64,000 bases of DNA, taken from positions 1-64,000 of the IMG/VR virus record IMGVR_UViG_3300046003_004989; one strand, given 5' to 3'. The position numbers and the translations under genes were made by a program. Each line of letters starts with the position of its first letter. Within the stretch, counting starts at the first letter, position 1. Positions 1 to 8,671 of this stretch are shown here, piece after piece. Below the pieces are notes generated by a model. That model saw nothing but the letters and a program-made list of their open reading frames with translations. It did not search any database and was not told where the DNA came from. This stretch comes from a virus.

Positions 1-676
1 TTATATCGGTATCTGTGAATTGAGGATTCACTCTTTCACCTTGGTCTTTATCTGAAGCTAAGTAATTTTCTTTAACTACTTTGTTCGATAGTGGATAGTC
101 ATCTACTCGATATTTACCGTTTGGCATTTCATAAGCAAAGAATGCTCTTTCAGGAGTTTCATCGATATACTTTAAGTGTATAGTATTACGATTCCAACCA
201 TAACCATATTGATGTTTTGTACCCAATGTAGCAATATTGAATGTGCCGAGATAAACCATAACGTTACCTTGCTTACAGATTGCACTGATTACTCGATCAC
301 CTGGAGTTAACTGTCGAACCGAATATGTTTTTGCTTCTTCCTTTTCTTTTTTATCGTGAAGCATTTCCGCATAGTCTAGAGTATCTGCTCTAACAAGAAC
401 CATTGACCCACCTTGCATAATCTCTTCAACGAAAGTGATAGGATTCTTAATGACTCCATACTCTAATTGAATCTTATCGAGTGGTAATTGATAGAAGTCT
501 ACCCAAATGTTTTTTGGTAAATCAGGGTGACTTAATTGAAAACCTTGATCGTTCCATCTTTCAATTTTAACTCCAGTCATTGGATCGTTTTTGAACGGGA
601 CTGTTGTTTTGTCTTTTGTTTTTCGTACTCGGAGACCGATATGTACGTCCTTGAGAATTCTGTAACTGCAATTCAT
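1..676 (-). CDS. hypothetical phage protein, 3' end runs off the window (MNCSYRILKDVHIG...)
   Basis: Open frame read manually from ATG at 676 to the window start; absent from the ORF track because no stop is in the window. Confidence 0.7.
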   Translation of the reverse strand, partial: MNCSYRILKDVHIGLRVRKTKDKTTVPFKNDPMTGVKIERWNDQGFQLSHPDLPKNIWVDFYQLPLDKIQLEYGVIKNPITFVEEIMQGGSMVLVRADTLDYAEMLHDKKEKEEAKTYSVRQLTPGDRVISAICKQGNVMVYLGTFNIATLGTKHQYGYGWNRNTIHLKYIDETPERAFFAYEMPNGKYRVDDYPLSNKVVKENYLASDKDQGERVNPQFTDTDI

Positions 677-680
677 ATGT

Positions 681-836
681 TTAGTTTAATTCGTTTTCGA
701 TAATATCAAAACTTCTACCTAATGTATTTGCATATAGGTAAGCTTCATCCCAAGTAGAGAAACTCATAACTTCATTAGTGAATATTCCGTCGTCGGTATT
801 GAAAAAGTAAGGAATAACTGTGTAGATTGTTTTCAT
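681..836 (-). CDS. small hypothetical protein (MKTIYTVIPYF...)
   Basis: Track ORF 681..971, start moved to ATG 836 just downstream of the promoter at 858-865. Confidence 0.65.
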   Translation of the reverse strand: MKTIYTVIPYFFNTDDGIFTNEVMSFSTWDEAYLYANTLGRSFDIIENELN

Positions 837-845
837 ATGTATGAT

Positions 846-914
846 TAATTTGATATACAAATATAATACAAAAACTCGACAGTAAAAACTGCCGAGTCTA
901 AAAGTTATTAACAA
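846..914 (-). promoter_or_regulatory. class I cassette: TTGTTAATAAC box + terminator-like hairpin + TATATTTG Bacteroidota -7 element
   Basis: Minus strand TTGTTAATAAC...GACTCGGCAG-TTTTTA-CTGTCGAGT-TTTT...TATATTTG; near-identical copies at ~8.6, 19.4 and 30.5 kb. Confidence 0.75.
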
Positions 915-921
915 AAGTGGT

Positions 922-1185
922 TTATTTCCACTCATCCAACTTAGAAGTAAGATCTGATGAGCTAAGTACACCTACATGTTTAGCTACCAATTTATTATCT
1001 ACTTCTAAAACTGTTGCAGGAATAGAACGTATACCGTACTTCTCTGCTAATTCAGGTTTCTCGTCGATGTTTACCGATTCAAAAGTCCAGTCAGTCTTTT
1101 CACCTGCCACTTTGTTAAACGATGGTGCATATGCTTTGCATGGATTGCACCAATTAGCTGTAAATCTTATTGCTTTTCTTGTCAT
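922..1185 (-). CDS. trxA: thioredoxin
   Basis: WCNPC CxxC motif, 'YGIRSIPA', ~87 aa. Confidence 0.9.
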   Translation of the reverse strand: MTRKAIRFTANWCNPCKAYAPSFNKVAGEKTDWTFESVNIDEKPELAEKYGIRSIPATVLEVDNKLVAKHVGVLSSSDLTSKLDEWK

Positions 1186-1186
1186 T

Positions 1187-1450
1187 TTATCCGATTGTTA
1201 GTAATTTATAATCACGTTCCAAGATACGAGCTTTATCGTTAACGATATTGCTAACTTCTTGTTTGTGTTTGTTTGCGTTAAATTCCCCTTGAATTGATCG
1301 TACATCATTTTTGATCCACTCTTCGGCTTCAGCTATAGCTTCAGCTTCCCATTCAGCTATCTCTTCATTAGTAAGCTTAGACATCCAACCATAATTAACC
1401 ATAAAATTAATTTGTGGCATAGCTCTTAATTGTGGTATCGTATACTTCAT
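1187..1450 (-). CDS. hypothetical protein, C-terminus YKLLTIG
   Basis: ORF track, tight packing. Confidence 0.65.
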   Translation of the reverse strand: MKYTIPQLRAMPQINFMVNYGWMSKLTNEEIAEWEAEAIAEAEEWIKNDVRSIQGEFNANKHKQEVSNIVNDKARILERDYKLLTIG

Positions 1451-1451
1451 T

Positions 1452-2138
1452 TTATCGATTTGAATTTGTCGTATATGTTACTATTATTCTGCTAGGACAT
1501 GCAGTTGAGTAACATGGTTTTGTACCGTCGTTTCCACAATGACATGTAGGTCCGTTGTAGGGATTTGGTTGCGGTGGAGTGTAAGGTTGATAAGGCCAAG
1601 TAGTATTAGGACGATTGAATGGATTCTCTTTTCCTTCTTTCAACTGTTTCATTAGACGATCAAATTCTTCAATCATTTCTTCGATAGCCGCAGTATCTTT
1701 GAGAATACCATTTTCGTCGAAGATTCCTTCTGACTCTCTATTTGCTGGTTGATCTAGTTCTTCCTCTTCATCTTCTTCATCATCCTCGAAATCTGTATCG
1801 ATTTCTAAATCGAAATGTTCCAATATGATTTGAGCGGATTCTTCAGGAGAAATACCTCTTTCTTGATTAAGTAGAACGAGGTTAACAAGTTCTCTTGCAC
1901 CTATTTCTCTACTGAATTCTTCTGGAGTTAGTTCTTCAAAGAATTCTGGTGAACTCTCAACTACTGCAGCAGACAAATAGAATTGAGGTTCGGCTCCAAA
2001 TGATAGAGTCATATATTCTAACCCTGGATTGTCCTCTAATACTTTCTCTCTGATGATTAAAGTGTTTGGTTCGATTGTTGAAAGCTTTACAGTTTTTCCT
2101 CCGTGGTGTGTGTAAGCTTTGATTAATTTGTAGTACAT
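1452..2138 (-). CDS. hypothetical acidic protein with C-terminal Cys cluster (CHC...C...C)
   Basis: 228 aa ORF with acidic middle and Pro/Cys-rich tail. Confidence 0.7.
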   Translation of the reverse strand: MYYKLIKAYTHHGGKTVKLSTIEPNTLIIREKVLEDNPGLEYMTLSFGAEPQFYLSAAVVESSPEFFEELTPEEFSREIGARELVNLVLLNQERGISPEESAQIILEHFDLEIDTDFEDDEEDEEEELDQPANRESEGIFDENGILKDTAAIEEMIEEFDRLMKQLKEGKENPFNRPNTTWPYQPYTPPQPNPYNGPTCHCGNDGTKPCYSTACPSRIIVTYTTNSNR

Positions 2139-2152
2139 ATTTTGATTTTATT

Positions 2153-2593
2153 TTAGTCTTGTTCTGGATGTATGTAATATCTGAAACGGTATTCAATTCT
2201 ACCAAAATGGTTTATGAAATTGTCTTTAATATTATCCCCTGCATCAGGTGTAACGACATTAATGAACATATAGAATCTGAACTTCCAAAGATTCTTATCT
2301 AGAACTTCTTTAGCTATTTTACGAGCAACTCTATGAAACTCATAAGGTCCGTTCATATAAGATTCACCTCTTAAAGTGACAAGCACTTCATTATTATAAG
2401 GCAGTGAATAAGGATCAGTCTTTACGAGTGAATCAATGCTTAGCTTACCGAATAAATCTCTCAAACTCTTCTCTGATTCCCTTTCGAATTTTTGTATTTC
2501 TTTCAAATATTTTTCTTCGGTTCGAGATTTCTCTTTATGACCTAGAAGAGGACCTAATATCGATTTGTTCAGATTTGGTATGATTCTTTCCAT
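2153..2593 (-). CDS. hypothetical protein
   Basis: 146 aa ORF downstream of a CATATAA element at 2625-2631. Confidence 0.7.
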   Translation of the reverse strand: MERIIPNLNKSILGPLLGHKEKSRTEEKYLKEIQKFERESEKSLRDLFGKLSIDSLVKTDPYSLPYNNEVLVTLRGESYMNGPYEFHRVARKIAKEVLDKNLWKFRFYMFINVVTPDAGDNIKDNFINHFGRIEYRFRYYIHPEQD

Positions 2594-2670
2594 TACTAGA
2601 GTTTAAAATGATTACACTTATTTGTTATATGCTTCTCTGAAGATATTGGATATTTTTAGAGTATTCTTTG

Positions 2671-2979
2671 TTAGTAATTTTCTCTACTTCCTGCATTATA
2701 CGGTTGAGAAGCAGATATTGCTTGATTAATTTCAGACTTAGTTGCAAATCCGTCATTGGCTATTTCGGAAAGTTTTACAAGGTTTGCCATTGCTCTTTCG
2801 ATGTGATTAAGCACTTCTGTCTTTTGCGCAATAACAAAAGATTCATGAGATATTGCATGTCTTGGTTGTTCTTCAAGCTCAGTTAGTTCTGCTCTAAGAA
2901 CTATATGAGCAGATCTTAGAGATTCATAAGCTTGCTCGGCCCTTGTAAATTCATGCACAGGAATTATTACTGCTATCAT
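2671..2979 (-). CDS. hypothetical protein
   Basis: ORF track, operon packing. Confidence 0.65.
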   Translation of the reverse strand: MIAVIIPVHEFTRAEQAYESLRSAHIVLRAELTELEEQPRHAISHESFVIAQKTEVLNHIERAMANLVKLSEIANDGFATKSEINQAISASQPYNAGSRENY

Positions 2980-2983
2980 AGTA

Positions 2984-3226
2984 TTATGTATTTGATTCGA
3001 TTGTCTTCGGTCCTGAACCTAATTTGATGTCTCTTGCAAAAGCAGCTATATCTTCATAGAAAGCTTGTTTGATTGCTTCCATTCTTTTATGTACTGCATT
3101 TGCAGAATAATTTGTTCCGTGTGGAATATCACCTCTAGCTTCTTGTGAATAGCCTTCAATTTTTGCAATAGTCTTATTGAACTTTGCACGAACGATTTCC
3201 TCGTTATTTACTTTTAGTCTTATCAT
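2984..3226 (-). CDS. hypothetical protein
   Basis: ORF track, operon packing. Confidence 0.65.
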   Translation of the reverse strand: MIRLKVNNEEIVRAKFNKTIAKIEGYSQEARGDIPHGTNYSANAVHKRMEAIKQAFYEDIAAFARDIKLGSGPKTIESNT

Positions 3227-3228
3227 GA

Positions 3229-3453
3229 TTATCCGATTAGTAAGTATCTCATGTCTAATTTAGCTTCAGGTGCAGATGTTTCAGCTTTATGTCGAGTAGA
3301 CAAACCTTTCTTCTTGAATTCCGAAGGATGGTCTAATTCTCCCCATGCATTCCCGCTTCTGATCATTGCATCTATTTGCTTCGGATCTATGCCCATATCT
3401 CTTAGAGAATATGCATAAGTCTTATAGTCTCCGTATGTTGTTTCTTCTTTCAT
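3229..3453 (-). CDS. small protein with prohead-protease (gp21)-like GELDHP peptide
   Basis: AWGELDHPS resembles the T4 gp21 GELNHP motif, but the ORF is only 74 aa. Confidence 0.6.
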   Translation of the reverse strand: MKEETTYGDYKTYAYSLRDMGIDPKQIDAMIRSGNAWGELDHPSEFKKKGLSTRHKAETSAPEAKLDMRYLLIG

Positions 3454-3455
3454 AA

Positions 3456-3740
3456 TTATTTTGCTCCTTTACGTTTAATTACTTTAATCTTAGGAAGAAC
3501 TTTCCCACCTACAACTGCTAAATAAGTTTGATCTGCTTTTGTAGTATATGCTCCAAGAACCCAAAGACGATAACCTTCAGGACAAACAGAAGATGTTACT
3601 CTACATATTTCTGTAGTTCCGTCTTCGTTTGTATGTTCAATTCTAAAATAACCTTTTGAGTTAGCTAAGTCTTGTGCATACAAAGGCATTGCTTTGATCT
3701 CATCGTTTCCAAATGAAACAAATTCTTTATCTTTTGTCAT
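3456..3740 (-). CDS. hypothetical protein
   Basis: ORF track, stop/start overlap with neighbour. Confidence 0.65.
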   Translation of the reverse strand: MTKDKEFVSFGNDEIKAMPLYAQDLANSKGYFRIEHTNEDGTTEICRVTSSVCPEGYRLWVLGAYTTKADQTYLAVVGGKVLPKIKVIKRKGAK

Positions 3741-4276
3741 TATAGAAGCTTATTACCGATTAGTGGATTTTGTCCTAGGTTAATGGTTCCGTCTTCCATT
3801 GTTGGTACCATTATCATAGCTTCAGATATGACACCCATGATCTTCGCAGGTTCTAGATTTGTTATATAAGGGAAGAACTTATGAAGTAACACTTCTAGAT
3901 CTTCTACTGATGAACCAATATTTGTCATAACTATTCTTTCTTCAGTTCCGAAATCAACAGTAAGTTTTAACATCTTATCGGACTTAGGCATACGCTCAAC
4001 TGAAGTGATTTTACCGTAACGGATTTCTAATTGCTTTTCAATCTCTAAAAATTGATTGAAATTTATCTTTACTTTCATATTTGATTTGATTGTTTCTTCT
4101 ATCGGATCGTTATCAATTGTCAATTCCGACATTCGCAAAACTTCAGTAACATCTTCGAATTTAACTTTAACTAATATGTCATGTGGCTCATTAGTGTGAG
4201 GATTGATAAAATCGTTATCTTTCCAAATTAATCTTCCTTTCTTGCCATTGACGATTACTCTGCTATCTATTTGCAT
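3740..4276 (-). CDS. tRNA-binding (Trbp111/CsaA/MetRS C-terminal OB-fold) domain protein with extra N-terminal domain
   Basis: 'LEIRYGKITSVERMPKSDKMLKLTVDFG...NLEPAKIMGVISEAMI' is the tRNA_bind pattern; start moved to ATG 4276. Confidence 0.85.
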   Translation of the reverse strand: MQIDSRVIVNGKKGRLIWKDNDFINPHTNEPHDILVKVKFEDVTEVLRMSELTIDNDPIEETIKSNMKVKINFNQFLEIEKQLEIRYGKITSVERMPKSDKMLKLTVDFGTEERIVMTNIGSSVEDLEVLLHKFFPYITNLEPAKIMGVISEAMIMVPTMEDGTINLGQNPLIGNKLL

Positions 4277-4533
4277 TACTTTTTGATTGTCATGTTTAGT
4301 GAATCTACCATATGGACTGCATCTGACCAAGTAACCTCTTTTGAAAGTTGTATGGTATAGTCAGCTCCATTTTCTACATTTGCATTAATTGAAGGTACTC
4401 CATAAGAATATCTTCCATCTAATTCGTATTGAATTACTTTCTTAGGTGATGTAAGAAAATAAACAGCTACACTTACGAATGTAGCAATAACAGCCATTAA
4501 AAAGTATAGCCAAACCTTTTGCATTGTTTCCAT
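4276..4533 (-). CDS. membrane-anchored hypothetical protein
   Basis: N-terminal hydrophobic helix. Confidence 0.65.
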   Translation of the reverse strand: METMQKVWLYFLMAVIATFVSVAVYFLTSPKKVIQYELDGRYSYGVPSINANVENGADYTIQLSKEVTWSDAVHMVDSLNMTIKK

Positions 4534-4548
4534 AATTCGATATTTTTG

Positions 4549-4622
4549 TGGAAGTAACGGGACTCGAACCCGTGTTCTCGCAACTTCAGTCGCTTTATTC
4601 TATCCTATTAAACTATACTCCC
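4549..4622 (-). tRNA. atypical tRNA-like gene, G3.U70 acceptor stem, irregular anticodon arm
   Basis: Acceptor GGGAGTA/TACTTCC-A, D arm with GG, T arm ACGGG-TTCGAGT-CCCGT; anticodon arm pairs only as GCGA-CTGAAG-TTGC (6-nt loop); no encoded CCA. Confidence 0.7.
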
Positions 4623-4639
4623 ATTGTAGTTTTTGTAAT

Positions 4640-4788
4640 GCCCCCAGAACTACTAACTGTGCTAACCTACGATTTAGAATGTAGTGTGCATATCATTAAT
4701 CATATCCGAAGATAAGAAACCTAAACGGTGTAGTTGGCCGACATTGCCTTCGATACGTACAAGTGCACTTGCAGAGGTCTTTCTGATA
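4640..4788 (-). ncRNA. candidate structured ncRNA between the two tRNAs
   Basis: Nested pairings 4644-4649/4781-4786, 4661-4670/4730-4738, 4673-4678/4720-4725; C(UUCG)G hairpin 4703-4714; hairpin 4758-4773; no meaningful ORF. Confidence 0.4.
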
Positions 4789-4789
4789 G

Positions 4790-4860
4790 TGGCCAATGAG
4801 GGAATCGAACCCTCATCCTCGGTTTTAGAGACCGGTGTTCTGCCGTTGAACTAATTAGCC
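4790..4860 (-). tRNA. tRNA with CUA anticodon (amber suppressor), Trp-like anticodon arm
   Basis: GGCTAAT-TA-GTTC-AACGGCA-GAAC-A-CCGGT-CT[CTA]AA-ACCGA-GGAT-GAGGG-TTCGATT-CCCTC-ATTGGCC-A; CATATAA element 10 nt upstream. Confidence 0.88.
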
Positions 4861-4885
4861 TTGTATTGATTATATGCAATGACTA

Positions 4886-5104
4886 TTACTCTTGATTCTT
4901 GAGTTTAACAATCATTGCATTAACTTCTGATGTTTTTGCAAAGAAGACACATTTTTCATTATCAGTCATTGGACGTTGAAAGATGATCTTCATTGCTAAT
5001 GTTTTGATAACACCTTCAGGCACTTCTCCACTATCAATGAATTGATTGAATACTCGGTTGGTAACCTCAGTAGGCTCGAAGTATTTTTTGATTGATGCTA
5101 TCAT
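4886..5104 (-). CDS. hypothetical protein
   Basis: ORF track. Confidence 0.6.
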   Translation of the reverse strand: MIASIKKYFEPTEVTNRVFNQFIDSGEVPEGVIKTLAMKIIFQRPMTDNEKCVFFAKTSEVNAMIVKLKNQE

Positions 5105-5487
5105 TATCTTCTATTGATTGTTACTCCGTCTACTTTACCATTTACATTACCACATTGAATAGTTGTACCATCGACATTTCCACCGACATTACCTCCAATT
5201 TTAATTGTAGTTCCATCTACATTTCCTTGAACATCACCTTTAATTTCTATTGTTGTTCCGTCGACATTAGCGACTGGACCTTCCCATTTAATCTGAGTGA
5301 TTCCACTTAAACCGCTTTCTATCAATTTACCGTCAACGTATACCTTATCGTTTTTGATTGATACGTTGTTACCCGAAACAACATGAGTCTTTCCATTGAT
5401 AGTGATTACTGAATTTGAATTGCCTGAAATTGTAGTGGTAATTTTATTTCCTTTACCGATTACCATCTGTTTGATTGTGCTAAACAT
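5104..5487 (-). CDS. beta-helix repeat protein (GNVDGTTI repeats)
   Basis: Repeated G-N-V-D-G-T-T-I units. Confidence 0.65.
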   Translation of the reverse strand: MFSTIKQMVIGKGNKITTTISGNSNSVITINGKTHVVSGNNVSIKNDKVYVDGKLIESGLSGITQIKWEGPVANVDGTTIEIKGDVQGNVDGTTIKIGGNVGGNVDGTTIQCGNVNGKVDGVTINRR

Positions 5488-5492
5488 ATCTT

Positions 5493-6158
5493 TTATTTTA
5501 CGTTATCTAATTTAGTTAATTCTGCTGTTTCGAAATCAATTCGATAAATACCAAGAGGTAGAGTAACTTCTTTGTTATACCAATCGTATCGATGTTCAAT
5601 GATGATACAATTAACACCTTTGATAGTTGTTGAAGACTTTGGAGCAATAGCTTTAGCTGTTCTTAAATCGTAGATGTAATTTCCGATTGAAGCTAAATGA
5701 CCACCGATATGATAAGGGTGATCAGAAGACCAAGTTCCACCTTTCAAAGCAATATCACCTACTTCGTTAATAAGAACATGTGTACCGAAGTCGAATCCGT
5801 CTGTAGATTTCTTTGGATCTTTGCTTGGCACATAATGAATTAGAGCACAATAACCGTCTTTGAATCCACTACACGTACCACCTTTACGAAACACTTCGCT
5901 TGAAACTTTCAAATCGTTATGATACAAATGAGAGTACGAATTTCGATTATCGATAACTTCACCTTTCTTATCCTTCATTTCAATCTTACGTAATTCGAAT
6001 CCAGCACCTAATCTTTCATGTGGATATTTTTCTTTCTCTTCACGTTGCATTCCACTGAATATCTTACCCATTATATTATGAATGCCTCCAGGAGTTGCAA
6101 GCAATTGCATGAATTCGTCTAATTCTTCAAATCCTTCTGATTTTTTCTTATTTGCCAT
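5493..6158 (-). CDS. hypothetical protein
   Basis: 221 aa ORF. Confidence 0.7.
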   Translation of the reverse strand: MANKKKSEGFEELDEFMQLLATPGGIHNIMGKIFSGMQREEKEKYPHERLGAGFELRKIEMKDKKGEVIDNRNSYSHLYHNDLKVSSEVFRKGGTCSGFKDGYCALIHYVPSKDPKKSTDGFDFGTHVLINEVGDIALKGGTWSSDHPYHIGGHLASIGNYIYDLRTAKAIAPKSSTTIKGVNCIIIEHRYDWYNKEVTLPLGIYRIDFETAELTKLDNVK

Positions 6159-6552
6159 ATTTGTATTTAGTTTGCATTATTGTGTATTGTCTAGTTAGCT
6201 CAGATAGATGAGGTCCGCCTTGTGCTAGTTCTCTAAGAGATTGAAATTCACCTTTGTATATCGACCCTAATTCGTCTTTTGTTTCTGCTTTATCAATTAA
6301 GGCTTCTACTACTTTGGCATAGTCCCAGAATTTAGTAGACTTTCTCATCATTGATACCATGAGCATAAACATTAACCCGAAAGGTAAACCCATCGTAGCA
6401 CCGATACCTGCACTTTTTGCTAAATTGATTTGTGCTTCTACCGTACTAAAACCTGCAAATAGAATAAAAGTGAATGTTGCGGTGAATGCCCAACCGAATA
6501 AAAATACTTTGAATAGGTGAGCTTTGTCTAAGAAATTGTTAAGTGCTTTCAT
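6148..6552 (-). CDS. membrane protein (2 TM)
   Basis: Two hydrophobic segments; start moved to ATG 6552. Confidence 0.65.
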   Translation of the reverse strand: MKALNNFLDKAHLFKVFLFGWAFTATFTFILFAGFSTVEAQINLAKSAGIGATMGLPFGLMFMLMVSMMRKSTKFWDYAKVVEALIDKAETKDELGSIYKGEFQSLRELAQGGPHLSELTRQYTIMQTKYKYGK

Positions 6553-6553
6553 A

Positions 6554-7102
6554 TTAGTAATTATCATTTTCAGGTAATAAGTCATTTACGTCTAATGCAT
6601 GTACTATTGATTCGATTGCATTTTTCATGTTCTTCGTACTTTCATTGAAATGACGAGTCAAAGATTCAGTTGCGTTATTTCTGCCAGCTTCATAAGCATA
6701 ATGCATTAATAAGTTGAGGTAATGTTCAGAGAAACCGAATTTGCCATAGTCATCCGTACCAACTTTTTGTTTGAATGTATAAATCTTATCGTCGGTACGC
6801 TTATCTAAAGTTTCGATACGATAGATTGCAGCTGCTTTTAACCAAAGTAGATGTTGACCAATTTCTTTTGGAGATGCAGGTAATTTATTAGCATCTTCGA
6901 TATTTCTTTCTCGCATTTTTTCGTAGAAAGATTTTTCTTTTACTGGTTCGATGTAAATTTCACAATCAGATTTTAGAGGTCTAACCTTTGCAAATGGATG
7001 TAAGATTGAACTTCCTAGATACGATTTTGGATTGATTTTTTCTACAGTAACGATATCACCTGAAGGGATATGTTTTACTTTTGAACCGATAGTTATTTCC
7101 AT
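6554..7102 (-). CDS. hypothetical early protein
   Basis: Start moved to ATG 7102, downstream of the class I promoter. Confidence 0.7.
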   Translation of the reverse strand: MEITIGSKVKHIPSGDIVTVEKINPKSYLGSSILHPFAKVRPLKSDCEIYIEPVKEKSFYEKMRERNIEDANKLPASPKEIGQHLLWLKAAAIYRIETLDKRTDDKIYTFKQKVGTDDYGKFGFSEHYLNLLMHYAYEAGRNNATESLTRHFNESTKNMKNAIESIVHALDVNDLLPENDNY

Positions 7103-7114
7103 TTTGAATTGTTT

Positions 7115-7182
7115 TAATTTGATATACAAATATAATCATTTTCTGATGGAGTAAAAAACTTTATACTAAAAGTTATTAACAA
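7115..7182 (-). promoter_or_regulatory. class I promoter (TTGTTAATAAC ... TATATTTG)
   Basis: Box at 7172-7182, -7 element at 7127-7134. Confidence 0.7.
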
Positions 7183-7559
7183 TTTTCAAAATACTCTGGC
7201 TCGGTATGATACAATTCACATATTCGATCAATGGTCAAGTAATGAACTGCACTGAAAGGTAAGCCAGTAATTCCATATCCATCAATCAACCAATGAAGAA
7301 CTTTTCTCTTTTCGTCTAATTCGTCTAAACAATCTTGCACTGTCTTCTTAGTATTCATTTCAATATAATCGATAAGGAATTGCAGATCATCTACGTAATT
7401 TTCTCTTGACCCGACTATCGTGAATCCTCGATAATATCTACCGAATGCGGATTTGTGGTCATGCACCCAAACACAATCTTTTGGATCCTTCTTATGATAC
7501 TTTACATACCATAAGAAGTCTCGGTAGTATTTGCTGATTACAGCTAATTTATACCTCAT
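7176..7559 (-). CDS. hypothetical protein
   Basis: ORF track. Confidence 0.65.
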   Translation of the reverse strand: MRYKLAVISKYYRDFLWYVKYHKKDPKDCVWVHDHKSAFGRYYRGFTIVGSRENYVDDLQFLIDYIEMNTKKTVQDCLDELDEKRKVLHWLIDGYGITGLPFSAVHYLTIDRICELYHTEPEYFENC

Positions 7560-7858
7560 TATACTTTGAATCGTTTTAAGACTTTCATTCTGTCAATTTC
7601 ATAACCCATTCCTTCTAAACTTTTTGTATCGAATATCGGTTGATTTGTTTTGCCGTCTAACATTACTCGGTCATATACACCATTAGCTTTATTTCTAACA
7701 ACGAAACAATATACATTTAGAGCATCATCTTGAGTTCCACTACCCCAAAGTTCGGATTTCTTACGAGCATATTGAGTAGATGTCTTATCATGAAACCATT
7801 CATGAGTTTCGGATTCGAAGTACAATCCGTCATGTTCTAAAAATTCATTTCTATCCAT
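7559..7858 (-). CDS. hypothetical protein
   Basis: ORF track. Confidence 0.65.
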   Translation of the reverse strand: MDRNEFLEHDGLYFESETHEWFHDKTSTQYARKKSELWGSGTQDDALNVYCFVVRNKANGVYDRVMLDGKTNQPIFDTKSLEGMGYEIDRMKVLKRFKV

Positions 7859-8066
7859 TGTATACGTAGAATCTAGGGTTACTATTAACTGGAGTGTTCC
7901 AAACTGCTAAAGGTCGAGCATAATATGTGCCAAATTGAATTGAACGATAGATAACCATCGTTTCGTCAGTTTCTGTGTTATTAGCTAAGTGAAGAACTTC
8001 ATACAGACCGCCTTTGTAATGCTGATAAATCTTTCCAGGAATTACATTTTTAAATTCGATGTTCAT
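7851..8066 (-). CDS. DUF1653 family protein
   Basis: 'YQHYKGGLYEVL...ETDETMVIY...YARP...W...RF' signature. Confidence 0.85.
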   Translation of the reverse strand: MNIEFKNVIPGKIYQHYKGGLYEVLHLANNTETDETMVIYRSIQFGTYYARPLAVWNTPVNSNPRFYVYNG

Positions 8067-8067
8067 A

Positions 8068-8367
8068 TTATTTGATATGTTTGATTGTTCCTATTATATG
8101 CCCATTGTGTACAATATTATCTCCATCGATTTTACCCATCTGACGAAGACAATCTATTTCATTTGGAATCGGTAGAGGCTTCCAAGGTTTTCTCTTACCA
8201 CCGAATCGATAATCTAGTTGCTTTTGTAAATCTCGATAAGCTCCATCATTACTAGATGTTGCATTATTAAAGACTTCCTTAAACCAAAGGATGTTTGAAA
8301 GGTGTTGATGTCCTATTCGATCAAAACGTTTTCTACGTCCTAATGCTGTTGTCCAATATCTTGCCAT
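8068..8367 (-). CDS. hypothetical protein
   Basis: ORF track. Confidence 0.65.
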   Translation of the reverse strand: MARYWTTALGRRKRFDRIGHQHLSNILWFKEVFNNATSSNDGAYRDLQKQLDYRFGGKRKPWKPLPIPNEIDCLRQMGKIDGDNIVHNGHIIGTIKHIK

Positions 8368-8369
8368 AA

Positions 8370-8579
8370 TTATTTGATTACTTTAAAGTATGCGTTATTT
8401 GCATATCTACCATAGATTTTACTACCGTCATTGGTAATGATATATTTTTCATCTAGGTCTATGTTAACTACGGCAACCTCTCTGAAGAATATTTCATCTG
8501 AATCAGAATCTTCGTCTTTATAACCGACTTTGATTTTATCGCCTAATTTGATTTCTAAGATATTAACGTAATTTGACAT
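8370..8579 (-). CDS. small SH3/KOW-like hypothetical protein
   Basis: 'IKLGDKIKV' start; first gene after a class I promoter. Confidence 0.6.
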   Translation of the reverse strand: MSNYVNILEIKLGDKIKVGYKDEDSDSDEIFFREVAVVNIDLDEKYIITNDGSKIYGRYANNAYFKVIK

Positions 8580-8591
8580 AGTGTTTCTGTT

Positions 8592-8671
8592 TTAATTTAT
8601 AAGACAAATATAAAACAAAAACTCGACAGTAGAAACTGTCGAGTCAATTATTTTCAAAAAGTTATTAACAA
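8592..8671 (-). promoter_or_regulatory. class I promoter/terminator cassette
   Basis: Box 8661-8671, perfect hairpin ACTCGACAG/CTGTCGAGT, -7 element 8605-8612. Confidence 0.75.

Noticed and set aside
4549-4789. tmRNA
   Set aside because: G3.U70 and the T arm are suggestive, but both acceptor strands are only 74 nt apart with a tRNA-type D arm and no tag ORF between them; a two-piece form cannot be excluded without a model search
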